NCBI GenBank assembly: GCA_033549025.1
Contig: JAWSUS010000027.1
Coordinates: 1 to 41,015 of the forward strand
From: Desulfuromonadales bacterium
GTDB lineage: Bacteria; Desulfobacterota; Desulfuromonadia; Desulfuromonadales; SZUA-540
Length of the DNA stretch: 41,015 nt
Direction: 5' to 3'
Shown here: in pieces, positions 27,654 to 35,619 of the stretch
How positions within the stretch are numbered: the first letter of the stretch is position 1
Layout: every line of letters starts with the position of its first letter
Notes under the pieces: model-generated
The model's database searches: none
Seen by the model: only the letters and a program-made list of their open reading frames with translations
What the model was told of the DNA's origin: nothing
Program-made: the position numbers and the translations under genes

Positions 27654-28379
27654 TCAACCCAATAAGTACGCGTAGTTTTTCAGTGTTTGCCGGTCAAGGG
27701 GACGGCTCTCCTGCCAGCCGTACATCTCGCCCAGCTCGCGGGCGCAGCGGGAAAGCAGAGGAAGCAGCTCCCCGGTCAGACGCGCCTCGTTGAAGCGGCA
27801 GGCAGGCACCGCCACCACCAGGGCCGTCTGCCGCAATTCATGCTGGGGCGCAAAGACGGCAGAGAGCGTGGCCACATCGGCAATCAGCGTTTCCTCCGCG
27901 CCATAGATCCGGCAGAAGGAGGACTCTTCCCAAAGACGACCACGAGCCACAGGGAACGACGTCCCCAGACAGCTGATGGCCCGCACCACCTGCCGGGTTT
28001 CCACCACATCGATGAGCAGCGCCTCCGCCTCCTTCACCCGGGCCAGGTAAACCGCCTCGCCGGTGGCGGCCCCCAGGTCCTCCAGCACAGGGCGCAGCTT
28101 CGAGGTCTTGCCCTGGTCGGAGAGGATGCCCCGGGCCAGGCTGAACGCCGCCGGTCCCAGGTGATAGTCGCCGGCGCTGTTGCGGGCGACAAAGTCCTTG
28201 GTCTCCAGGGTGTGCAGCATGCGAAAGACCTTGTATTTGCTGGCGCTCGTCATTTTCTCCACAAAAGTCGTCAGCTTCTCGCCCGAAGGCGACACTGTCA
28301 GCAGATGGAGGATATCCAGCACGAACTGGACATTCTGCATCTCGTACTTATGAGTGAATTTTCCGGCGCCCGCTGCCAT
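27654..28379 (-). CDS. IclR-family transcriptional regulator (effector domain divergent)
   Basis: HTH SKYKVFRMLHTLETKDFV...YHLGP, then LEDLGAATGEAVYLA and VAVPACRF..L...L...AREL. Confidence 0.8.
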   Translation of the reverse strand: MAAGAGKFTHKYEMQNVQFVLDILHLLTVSPSGEKLTTFVEKMTSASKYKVFRMLHTLETKDFVARNSAGDYHLGPAAFSLARGILSDQGKTSKLRPVLEDLGAATGEAVYLARVKEAEALLIDVVETRQVVRAISCLGTSFPVARGRLWEESSFCRIYGAEETLIADVATLSAVFAPQHELRQTALVVAVPACRFNEARLTGELLPLLSRCARELGEMYGWQESRPLDRQTLKNYAYLLG

Positions 28380-28383
28380 AGCC

Positions 28384-29943
28384 CTACTCCCAGCTGTCGA
28401 TCTTCATGGTGCCCTTGGTAGCCAGCGCCTCCTGCATGCGGAAGGCCTTGAAGAGCATGTGGGGCTCGTGGCCGACGCCGCGGGCAAAGCAGTCCTTTTC
28501 GGCGCGCTCGTAGTATTCGGTCAGGATCGGCCGGTAATCGGGGTGAGCGCACTTGGCGATGATCTCCCGCGCCCGTTCGCGTGGGCAGAGGCCGCGCAGA
28601 TCGGCCAGACCCTGCTCGGTGACGAGGATGTCGAGATCGTGTTCGGTGTGATCGACGTGAGTGGCGAAGGGAACGACGCAGGTAATCCCCGTCGGATCGG
28701 TCTTGGAGGGACGGGTCGACGGGGTGTGCATGATGGACAGCGCCGCGTTGCGCAGAAAGTCGCCGGAACCGCCGATGCCGTTGACCATGCGGGTGCCGCC
28801 CACCAGAGTCGAATTGGCGTGGCCGTAGATATCGAATTCCACCGGGGTGTTCATGGCGATCACCCCCAGACGGCGGATGGGCTCGGGATTGTTGCTCACC
28901 TGCATGGGGCGCAGAATGACCTTGCTGGCGTACTTGTCCCAGTTCTGGTAGAAGCGCTCAAAACCCGGCTCCGACAGGGAGAGTGAGGTGGACGAGGCGA
29001 AGTCGAGTTTGCCCGAATCGAAAAAGTCGAGCATGGTGTCCTGGATGACCTCGGTCCAGACCTTGAGATTGCTGAAGGGACCGTTCACCAGACCGCCGAC
29101 CACGGCGTTGGCGATATTGCCGACCCCCGACTGCAGGGGGAGCAGGTTTTTCGGCAAGCGCCCCGCTTTCACCTCCGCCCCGAAGAAGTCGAGGATGTTG
29201 GCGGCGATGCGCTCGGAAATCTCGTCCGGTGGGCCCAACGGCCGCCCGCGGTCCGGTTTCTGCGACTCCACAATGGCGATGATCTTGTCGTGATCACAGG
29301 GGACATGCAGGGTGCCGATGCGATCATCGACGCGGCTGATCAGGTAGGGCTTGCGGTGGGGGGGCTTGTCGAGCATGACGATGTCGTGCAGCCCTTCGAA
29401 GGAGGGTATGGCCGTATTGATCTCGATGATGAGCTTGTCCGAGTGCTGAATGACCTCCGTGGCCGCGCCGATGGAACCGGCCAGGATGATGCTGCCGTCT
29501 TCGGCAATGCCCGAGGCTTCCACCAGACCGAGATCGAAACCGCCTCCCCTGCCCTTGGTGTAGTAGCCGTAACCGAGATCCTGGGCATAGAGTGACAGAT
29601 GCTTGTCTCCCATGCGCACGGTGCCGTCGTTGACCTGCTTCTGGATTACCTTGCCCGTCTGGTAGGGCCAGCGCTTGTCCGTCATCTGCAGAGAAGCCCA
29701 GCGGTCCTCCACCTCCTGGCCGATGGACGCACCGATAAAGAGGTTGAAGCGCATCTTGCCCTGCAGGTTGTTCTGCTCGACGTAGTCGGCCAGCGCCAGA
29801 GGGACTACCTTCGGGTATCCCACCGGGGTAAACCCCGACCAGCCCAGATCCATGCCGTTCTTGAAAAACGGGATGGTGTCCTCCGGCTGCATGATTCTGG
29901 CGTGCAGGCTCTTCTTCCTGATTCGGCTGAGAAATTCCGACAT
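28384..29943 (-). CDS. acetyl-CoA hydrolase/transferase family (succinyl-CoA:acetate CoA-transferase-like)
   Basis: Start MSEFLSR at 29943. SGFTPVGYPK, PLQSGVGNIANAV, WTEVIQD, EFDIYGHANS, NGIGGSGDFLRNA and VTEQGLADLRGL motifs. Confidence 0.93.
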   Translation of the reverse strand: MSEFLSRIRKKSLHARIMQPEDTIPFFKNGMDLGWSGFTPVGYPKVVPLALADYVEQNNLQGKMRFNLFIGASIGQEVEDRWASLQMTDKRWPYQTGKVIQKQVNDGTVRMGDKHLSLYAQDLGYGYYTKGRGGGFDLGLVEASGIAEDGSIILAGSIGAATEVIQHSDKLIIEINTAIPSFEGLHDIVMLDKPPHRKPYLISRVDDRIGTLHVPCDHDKIIAIVESQKPDRGRPLGPPDEISERIAANILDFFGAEVKAGRLPKNLLPLQSGVGNIANAVVGGLVNGPFSNLKVWTEVIQDTMLDFFDSGKLDFASSTSLSLSEPGFERFYQNWDKYASKVILRPMQVSNNPEPIRRLGVIAMNTPVEFDIYGHANSTLVGGTRMVNGIGGSGDFLRNAALSIMHTPSTRPSKTDPTGITCVVPFATHVDHTEHDLDILVTEQGLADLRGLCPRERAREIIAKCAHPDYRPILTEYYERAEKDCFARGVGHEPHMLFKAFRMQEALATKGTMKIDSWE

Positions 29944-30037
29944 ACCCTCCTCCTTTTTGCATTTCCTTTGAATGACATGTCCCCGCCGGCACGGGGTACC
30001 CGACAGAAACGGCCAGAGCCGCCCCCTGTTGCCATTA

Positions 30038-30066
30038 TTTGTATTTTGCATTTACGTGCATGTCAA
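30038..30066 (-). promoter_or_regulatory. sigma70-type promoter with LiuR-like operator, 22-bp identical to 18475-18496
   Basis: TTTGCATTTACGTGCATGTCAA at 30045-30066. Minus strand TTGACA followed at 17 bp by a weak -10 (TACAAA). Confidence 0.7.
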
Positions 30067-30211
30067 CGAATTTTTGAACGTTATTTTGTTTTACATTTTT
30101 CACAAATATTACCATTGTCCAATTACCTGTTTTTTGGTATTTTTTTTACATATAACGGTGTTCGTTTTTTTAAATATGACTAGGACGGTTAAAAATTTAT
30201 ATTCCATTTTA

Positions 30212-30227
30212 TTTACGTCAATGTAAT
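30212..30227. promoter_or_regulatory. third LiuR-like box upstream of the MerR gene (autoregulation)
   Basis: TTTACGTCAATGTAAT, about 40 bp before the MerR ATG. Confidence 0.6.
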
Positions 30228-30264
30228 AATTTCGGCCAAAACAACCCACACACGAGGGGGCACC

Positions 30265-30690
30265 ATGAGTGAGGACATTCCGACCACTGAGGAGATTGTT
30301 CCGATTGGGACGTTGTGTAAAGATCTGGGGATTTCGACGCGGACGCTACGCTACTGGGAGGAGGTCGGCATCATCGAGTCGGTAGAACGTCTCGACCGTG
30401 CCAACCGCGGCTATACGCCGTATATGGTAAGAAGAATCAAGTTCATCATCAGGCTGCGGGATCTGGGCCTGACCATCAAGGAGATGCAGCACCTGTACGA
30501 GGTGTACGGCAACGCCAAAAAGACGGATCGCCTTATCCCCGAATTGATCGGCATCTTCGACCAGCACATCCACACGATCGACGACAGGGTCGCCAAGCTG
30601 AACGCCCTGCGCACGGACATCGTCGAGTACCGCGAACGCATGCTGACCAAACTCAAGGAAGCCATGCAGCGAGAGGCCTCCGATTCCTGA
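30265..30690 (+). CDS. MerR-family transcriptional regulator (LiuR-like)
   Basis: IGTLCKDLGISTRTLRYWEEVGII...RGY...IKFIIRLRDLGLTIKEM and a coiled-coil C-terminus. Divergent from the CoA-transferase operon. Confidence 0.9.
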   Translation: MSEDIPTTEEIVPIGTLCKDLGISTRTLRYWEEVGIIESVERLDRANRGYTPYMVRRIKFIIRLRDLGLTIKEMQHLYEVYGNAKKTDRLIPELIGIFDQHIHTIDDRVAKLNALRTDIVEYRERMLTKLKEAMQREASDS

Positions 30691-30711
30691 TCGCCTCAAT
30701 CTGGCGTTCTG

Positions 30712-30759
30712 AAAAAGAAAAGGGTCATTGACATCCCCCGTCAATGACCCTTCTTTTTT
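30712..30759. terminator. bidirectional rho-independent terminator
   Basis: AAGGGTCATTGAC...GTCAATGACCCTT stem flanked by A-rich and T-rich tracts, between convergent genes. Confidence 0.85.
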
Positions 30760-30773
30760 AACTGCCGCACTCC

Positions 30774-32309
30774 CTACCGCACCCAGCCTCGCCGCCGACT
30801 CTCCCCTTCGCTGACCACGCGAATGGCGCTGGCTCCCTCCAGGGGACAGCGGGTCTCGCAGATGCCGCAGCCGATGCATAAATTCTCCACTACCCTGGGT
30901 ATTTTGAGCCGACGGCTCTCGCCGGCAAAAAGAATCTCCTTTTCTTCAAAGACAATGGCTTTTTCGGGTGTCGGACAATGCTCCTCGCACACCAGGCATT
31001 CACTCCCACGGGCAAAGGGCAGGCAGCGATTCTGGTCGAAAACGGCCAGACCGATGACGGTGCGGCGCTTCTCTGCCAGGCCGAGGCGTTTAATGGCGCC
31101 GGTGGGACAGACCTGGCCGCACAGGGTGCAGTTGTATTCGCAATAGCCCAGGCGCGGCACGACCAGCGGCGTCCACAGGCCGGCCGGGCCCGCCTGCAAA
31201 AAGGCGGGGTGGAGCACGCCCCCGATACAGACCTTGAGACATTCACCACAGCGCACACAGCGACACAGGAACTCCTCCTCCGCCACGGCTCCGGGCGGTC
31301 GCACCAGAAAACCGTGCCGGCCCGGCTCGGGGCTCAGGCGAAACATCGGTGCGACCAGCAGGCCAGACGCCAACGCGGTCACCGTGCCGCGCCGGCTGAG
31401 GTCGACAGACGTCGACGGCCGGCGATAATCGAAACGCCAGCGTACGCGCTCCTGCGGGCAGAATCCGTCGCAGTCGAAACAGAGGACGCATTCTTCGGAT
31501 CGCCTCCCCTCCTCCCCCACCGCCTTCATCCGGCAGGCCTGCAGACAGCGCCGGCAGTCGGGGCAGGCCGCTGACGGCGTGCGCTGCAGCAGCGCGTGGC
31601 GGGAGCAGAGGCCGAGCAGCGCCCCCAGCGGGCAGAGATTCTTGCACCAGAAACGCCGCTCCAGACGCTCGAGCGCCACGATCGCGACAAAAACGAGCAG
31701 GGTGAAAAGAGCCAGGGTAAAGGCCGGCGGATGGAAAGCCAGCAGATAGTCGCGAAAAAAGGACCAGAGGGCATCGGCCCCCTCGGACACCAGGGGCACC
31801 CGGTGTTCGTAAAGGGCGGTGAAACCCTTGTTCCAGAAGAGATTCCAGGCCGGATAGACCGCTAGGGTGAGGGTGCGTAGAAAGATCGCCAGGGGATCAA
31901 AGAGGCCGAACAGCTGCACCCCGAACAGACCGGCCGCAACGAGGGCGAGGAGGAGGTAGTATTTCACCCGCCGCCAGGCCGGAGACACCACGCGGCGGCC
32001 GCGACCGATACCGTAGCCGAGACCATCCAGGGTGGTGCCCAGCGGGCAGATCCAGCCACAGAAGAAGCGTCCCAGGACAAAGGTCAGCAGCAGCAGGACA
32101 AAGGCCGGCCACAACAGCCGCCAGTGAAAGGCCCCCGGCGCCAGGGCGTCGGCCAGCGCCGCCAGCGGATCGAGGCGAAAGAGGAGACTGACCGGCCAGG
32201 GGAGGTCGTCCACGCCGCGGTATTCCGTCTGCAGAAACAGCCACAAAAAACCGAGCAGAGTCAGGATCTGGACGCTGCGACGGAGCCTAAGCCGGGGCAG
32301 GAATCCCAT
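30774..32309 (-). CDS. membrane polyferredoxin: NapH/MauN-like domain fused to a NapG/MauM-like domain, with an internal RR motif
   Basis: Start MGFLPR at 32309 (TGATG overlap). GRFFCGWICPLG, RFWCKNLCPLGA, CPDCRRCLQAC, CVLCFDCDGFCP, then SRRG + hydrophobic helix, RPPGA, CVRCGECLKVC, CEYNCTLCGQVCP, CLVCEEHCP and CIGCGICETRCP. Confidence 0.88.
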   Translation of the reverse strand: MGFLPRLRLRRSVQILTLLGFLWLFLQTEYRGVDDLPWPVSLLFRLDPLAALADALAPGAFHWRLLWPAFVLLLLTFVLGRFFCGWICPLGTTLDGLGYGIGRGRRVVSPAWRRVKYYLLLALVAAGLFGVQLFGLFDPLAIFLRTLTLAVYPAWNLFWNKGFTALYEHRVPLVSEGADALWSFFRDYLLAFHPPAFTLALFTLLVFVAIVALERLERRFWCKNLCPLGALLGLCSRHALLQRTPSAACPDCRRCLQACRMKAVGEEGRRSEECVLCFDCDGFCPQERVRWRFDYRRPSTSVDLSRRGTVTALASGLLVAPMFRLSPEPGRHGFLVRPPGAVAEEEFLCRCVRCGECLKVCIGGVLHPAFLQAGPAGLWTPLVVPRLGYCEYNCTLCGQVCPTGAIKRLGLAEKRRTVIGLAVFDQNRCLPFARGSECLVCEEHCPTPEKAIVFEEKEILFAGESRRLKIPRVVENLCIGCGICETRCPLEGASAIRVVSEGESRRRGWVR

Positions 32310-33220
32310 CAGACCCGCCTTATCCGGGCAAGATCGGCGATACCCAGCCCGCGTCGGCCGGCGGTCACCAGGGTCGGGATGTCGTCGGGCTGATGCCCCA
32401 TCAGGGTCACGGCGACGCTGTCGGCGGCGACGATGTCGGCCGAAGCGACCAAGGTATCGAGCTGGCGCACGTCGTCCACCCTCCCCCCCTGCGGTCCATT
32501 GGCGACCAGGACCCGGGTGGCGTCGATGAGGGTCAGATCGGAAGGGACGATCAGGTTGATGTCGCAGAGGGCCTCGTCGATCTGCCGATGCAGGCGGCCG
32601 CGATTGCCGCCGATCACCCCCATGATGTTTTTCATGCCCAGGGTGACGGTGGAGAGCCCGTGATGCTTGGCGATGGGCAGATTGATGAAGCGGTCGGCCT
32701 CCAGCGCCGGCCGGTAGAACTCCCAGCGCCGCAGCTCCACCCCTTGGGCGATATCCAGCTCCTGCCAACCGCGCCGGTCCATGTGTTCCACCCTCACGCG
32801 ATTGGATCGAATCGACTCCACCGCCTCCTGGATGCCGCTCTGCACATAACAGCGCCGCGGGTCGTTACAGGGTCGGTCGAACACCTGCACCTGCTTGGCC
32901 CCGGCCTCCAGACAGAGCTCCACTACCGTACGCACCACCTGCGGGTTGGTGTTGGCGGCAAGCTCCGGGGTCCGGTCCCAGCCGATATTGGGCTTCACCA
33001 CCACCGTTTCGCCGCTTTTGACGAATTGGGACATGCCCCCCAAAGCATCGAGCGTCTGCCGCACCAGCAAGGGAATATCCTCCCCTTTGCGCACGGCGAC
33101 GGTCGAACCGGCTGCAGCCAGGGTCGGCCGGGGCAGCCAGGAAAGAACCGGAACACTACCGACGGCAGCCGCCGCCAAGGCGGCCTGCAGCGTGTGACGG
33201 ATGAACGCGCGTCTGTCCAT
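32309..33220 (-). CDS. DUF362 domain protein with Tat signal peptide
   Basis: Start MDRRAFIRHTLQAALAAAAVGS at 33220 after GGAGG. VVVKPNIGW, TNPQVV, FINLPIAKHH, TLGMKNIMG and DIVAADS motifs. Confidence 0.88.
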   Translation of the reverse strand: MDRRAFIRHTLQAALAAAAVGSVPVLSWLPRPTLAAAGSTVAVRKGEDIPLLVRQTLDALGGMSQFVKSGETVVVKPNIGWDRTPELAANTNPQVVRTVVELCLEAGAKQVQVFDRPCNDPRRCYVQSGIQEAVESIRSNRVRVEHMDRRGWQELDIAQGVELRRWEFYRPALEADRFINLPIAKHHGLSTVTLGMKNIMGVIGGNRGRLHRQIDEALCDINLIVPSDLTLIDATRVLVANGPQGGRVDDVRQLDTLVASADIVAADSVAVTLMGHQPDDIPTLVTAGRRGLGIADLARIRRV

Positions 33221-33361
33221 GGCAACCTCCTCCGAAAGACAAGGCTTTTGTGGGGAGCAATACGCTTGGAAGAACAGAATGAAGGTCCTGAAGTACAAGT
33301 GTATAGTCTGGGGCGCCCGTGTAAAGGCAAGGCGTGGAGCCGCCGTCATGACGATCCCCCT

Positions 33362-33395
33362 AAAAAGAAATCCCCGCCAATATGACGGGGATTTC
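33362..33395 (-). terminator. rho-independent terminator
   Basis: GAAATCCCCG...CGGGGATTTC stem with an A tract on the plus strand, downstream of the disulfide-oxidoreductase gene. Confidence 0.7.
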
Positions 33396-33429
33396 GTGTT
33401 TCGAGCGGAGCAGATTATCCCGAGAGGTC

Positions 33430-34800
33430 TTACCTCCAGGCCGCCTGGGCCTGGTGGACCGCCTGCAGGATGTTCTTCGAATGGGAAGGATGGACATGGA
33501 CCGTCTTGCCAATCTGATCCAAGGTCAGGCCATTCTCTACCGCCAGGGTCATCTCGTGGATCATCTCGGTCGCCGACTCGCCGACAATGACCGCGCCGGC
33601 AAGCCGGGACGTTTCCTCCGAAACAAACAACTTCACAAAAGCCGGACTGACCTTGTCGACCACTGAGCGTCCGTTGGGAACCTGGGCCAGGGTGAACGCC
33701 CTGATCCCGGCGCCGGCATCCCTTACCCCGACCGCAGCCACCTCGGGATGCGAAAAAGCCACCCGCGGAACCGTCTCTTCCTTCATGGAATCGGACGTTC
33801 CCTGCACAAGGTTCGTTACCAGCAGCTGCGCCTGTTTTTCCGCGGCGTGCGACAGGGTCAGACCGCCGATCACGTCGCCCAGGGCATAGATGTGCGGGAC
33901 GCTGGTCTGCAGCCGGGAATTGACGGCAATGGCGCCCTCTGTCGTCTTCACCCCGGCAGCTTCAAGATTCAGCCCCTCGGTGTTCGGGCGGCGACCGATG
34001 CCGACCAGGACCTTGTCAACGGTATCGGTAGCATCGCGGCCGACATAATGCACCCTAACTTTGCCGCCCGTAACCTCCAGTCGGTCGATCAGGGTGCCAG
34101 TTTTCACCTCAATCCCCTCTTTTTCAAAGGCGCTTTGCAATGCTTGGCCCGCCTCGCGATCCTCGCGAGGCAGCAAGGTTTCGAGGGCCTCAACCAGAAC
34201 GACGCGGCTGCCAAAGGTGTTGTACAGGGTGGCAAATTCGCAACCGACCGCTCCGCCGCCAACGATCAGCAGACTTCCCGGCAGCTCGGTGTTTCGCAGC
34301 AGCTCGTCGCTGGAAAGGATATGCTCCCCGTCAAAAGGAGCCATTGGCATCTCAACGGGCCTTGAGCCAGTAGCGACAATGATGTGCTCTCCACGGATTG
34401 TTTCGGAACTGCCGTCCCTTTTGCGGATAGTCACTTCATGCGCAGACTGAAAAGAACCCATCCCTCGGAAGCTGACGATTTGCGCCTGCCCGATCATCCC
34501 CGCGACCATCCCGCCGAGCATGGCGATGTCCTGATCGGCCACGGCCCGCACTCGCTCCAGATTTACCGGTTCCACCACCATATCCAACCCATAGTTTTGG
34601 GCCTGCTTGGCATAGCGATAGGCCTTGGCGGCCTTGAGCATCGACTTGGTCGGCATGCAGCCGCGGTTCAGGCAGACACCCCCGAAACAGTCGTCTTCCT
34701 CCTGGATCATGGCCACCGATTTGCCGGCCTGCCTCAGCATGAAGCCGGTGTTCATACCGCCCGGGCCCCCGCCGATTATGACTACATCGAAACTTTGCAT
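33430..34800 (-). CDS. class I pyridine nucleotide-disulfide oxidoreductase (dihydrolipoamide dehydrogenase-like, atypical C-terminus)
   Basis: IGGGPGG, GGVCLNRGCMPTK redox disulfide, ATGS, GGGAVG..E and IYALGD. C-terminal HPSHSK replaces the canonical HPTxxE. Confidence 0.88.
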   Translation of the reverse strand: MQSFDVVIIGGGPGGMNTGFMLRQAGKSVAMIQEEDDCFGGVCLNRGCMPTKSMLKAAKAYRYAKQAQNYGLDMVVEPVNLERVRAVADQDIAMLGGMVAGMIGQAQIVSFRGMGSFQSAHEVTIRKRDGSSETIRGEHIIVATGSRPVEMPMAPFDGEHILSSDELLRNTELPGSLLIVGGGAVGCEFATLYNTFGSRVVLVEALETLLPREDREAGQALQSAFEKEGIEVKTGTLIDRLEVTGGKVRVHYVGRDATDTVDKVLVGIGRRPNTEGLNLEAAGVKTTEGAIAVNSRLQTSVPHIYALGDVIGGLTLSHAAEKQAQLLVTNLVQGTSDSMKEETVPRVAFSHPEVAAVGVRDAGAGIRAFTLAQVPNGRSVVDKVSPAFVKLFVSEETSRLAGAVIVGESATEMIHEMTLAVENGLTLDQIGKTVHVHPSHSKNILQAVHQAQAAWR

Positions 34801-34815
34801 TTCTTTCTTCTCCTT

Positions 34816-35247
34816 TTATTTGTCTTCCTCCAGGCTCTCCAGGGCCTGCGTGGCCATGTCGAGTAACCTGTGGAAGGTCTGCAATTCAGCCGCCGACATG
34901 CCCCCCGTCATGCTGGCGATCACTTCGTCCCGCATTTTCTGCAGCGCCTCAACCGTCGGCCGGGTCTGTTCAGCCAGATAAATTCGTGACTGGCGCCTGT
35001 CACGCTCACTGGCTGCACGATAAATAAGACCGTCACGCTCCATGCGCCACAGGGTCTTGGCCATCGTCGGCTGTTCCACCTGAATCTTCCGGCAGAGTTC
35101 CGTCTGGGTCTGGCCTTCGTCGTCTTTCAGACAGCAAAGCACGGGCAACTGTCCCTGTGTCACCCCGTAGTCCCGAAGCTGTTGATTGACTTGCGACAAC
35201 AGCAGGCGGCTTAAATAGTTCAGCTTGTAGCACAGGTCTTCGTTCAT
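34816..35247 (-). CDS. MarR-family transcriptional regulator
   Basis: Start MNEDLC at 35247 after AAGGAGA. GVTQGQ, TQTELC, VEQPTMAKTLWRMERDGLIYR and DRRQSRIYL motifs. Confidence 0.93.
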   Translation of the reverse strand: MNEDLCYKLNYLSRLLLSQVNQQLRDYGVTQGQLPVLCCLKDDEGQTQTELCRKIQVEQPTMAKTLWRMERDGLIYRAASERDRRQSRIYLAEQTRPTVEALQKMRDEVIASMTGGMSAAELQTFHRLLDMATQALESLEEDK

Positions 35248-35272
35248 AAGCGGTCTCCTTTTCTTGCCCAAA

Positions 35273-35317
35273 AAGATAGCCGGCTATATGGATACATAGT
35301 CGGCTATCTTGTGTCAA
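35273..35317. promoter_or_regulatory. tandem palindromic MarR operators overlapping the promoter
   Basis: ATAGCCGGCTAT (35276-35287) and ATAGTCGGCTAT (35296-35307) together form a larger inverted repeat AAGATAG...CTATCTT. Minus-strand TTGACA at 35317-35312. Confidence 0.7.
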
Positions 35318-35472
35318 GAGATAGTGATCACGTGCGAAAACGCCCTTAAAAAAATGGGGAAGCAAATCGGCAGCAGACCCACACCCCTGGTCACCCGTTG
35401 GCTTAGCTGTCGATATTTTTTACACTCACTTTAAATTAAGCAAAAAATCGTTCAAAAACGAAAGGTTAACAA

Positions 35473-35489
35473 TTGGCCAAAATATTGCA
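35473..35489 (+). promoter_or_regulatory. candidate sigma54 (-24/-12) promoter
   Basis: TTGGCCAAAATATTGCA has GG at 35475-6 and GC at 35487-8 with exactly 10 bp between, about 130 bp upstream of the cytochrome gene. Confidence 0.5.
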
Positions 35490-35619
35490 AATACCCTGTG
35501 TTTTTGTAGAGTTATACGGCGCATCTCATAAACCATGGAATAGAAGGGAGGTGAGTCAACAGGGGTAAAACGGGAGGTAAAAATTGTCAGTCTGACTTGA
35601 TATGTATTGAAGGAGTTAA

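Noticed and set aside
30774..32768. 664-aa extension of the polyferredoxin given in the ORF track
   Set aside because: The first ~150 residues overlap the DUF362 gene in another frame. The TGATG overlap at 32309 marks the real start.
33430..34800. Mercuric reductase MerA linked to the nearby MerR gene
   Set aside because: There is no C-terminal Cys-Cys pair or NmerA domain, and the MerR lacks the metal-binding Cys set and is tied to LiuR-like boxes.
35335..35380. GEMM-I (c-di-GMP/cGAMP) riboswitch-like words (GGGAAGCAAATC) upstream of the cytochrome
   Set aside because: There is no GNRA-capped stem or convincing second stem, and it lies upstream of the candidate promoters. An Rfam scan would settle it.
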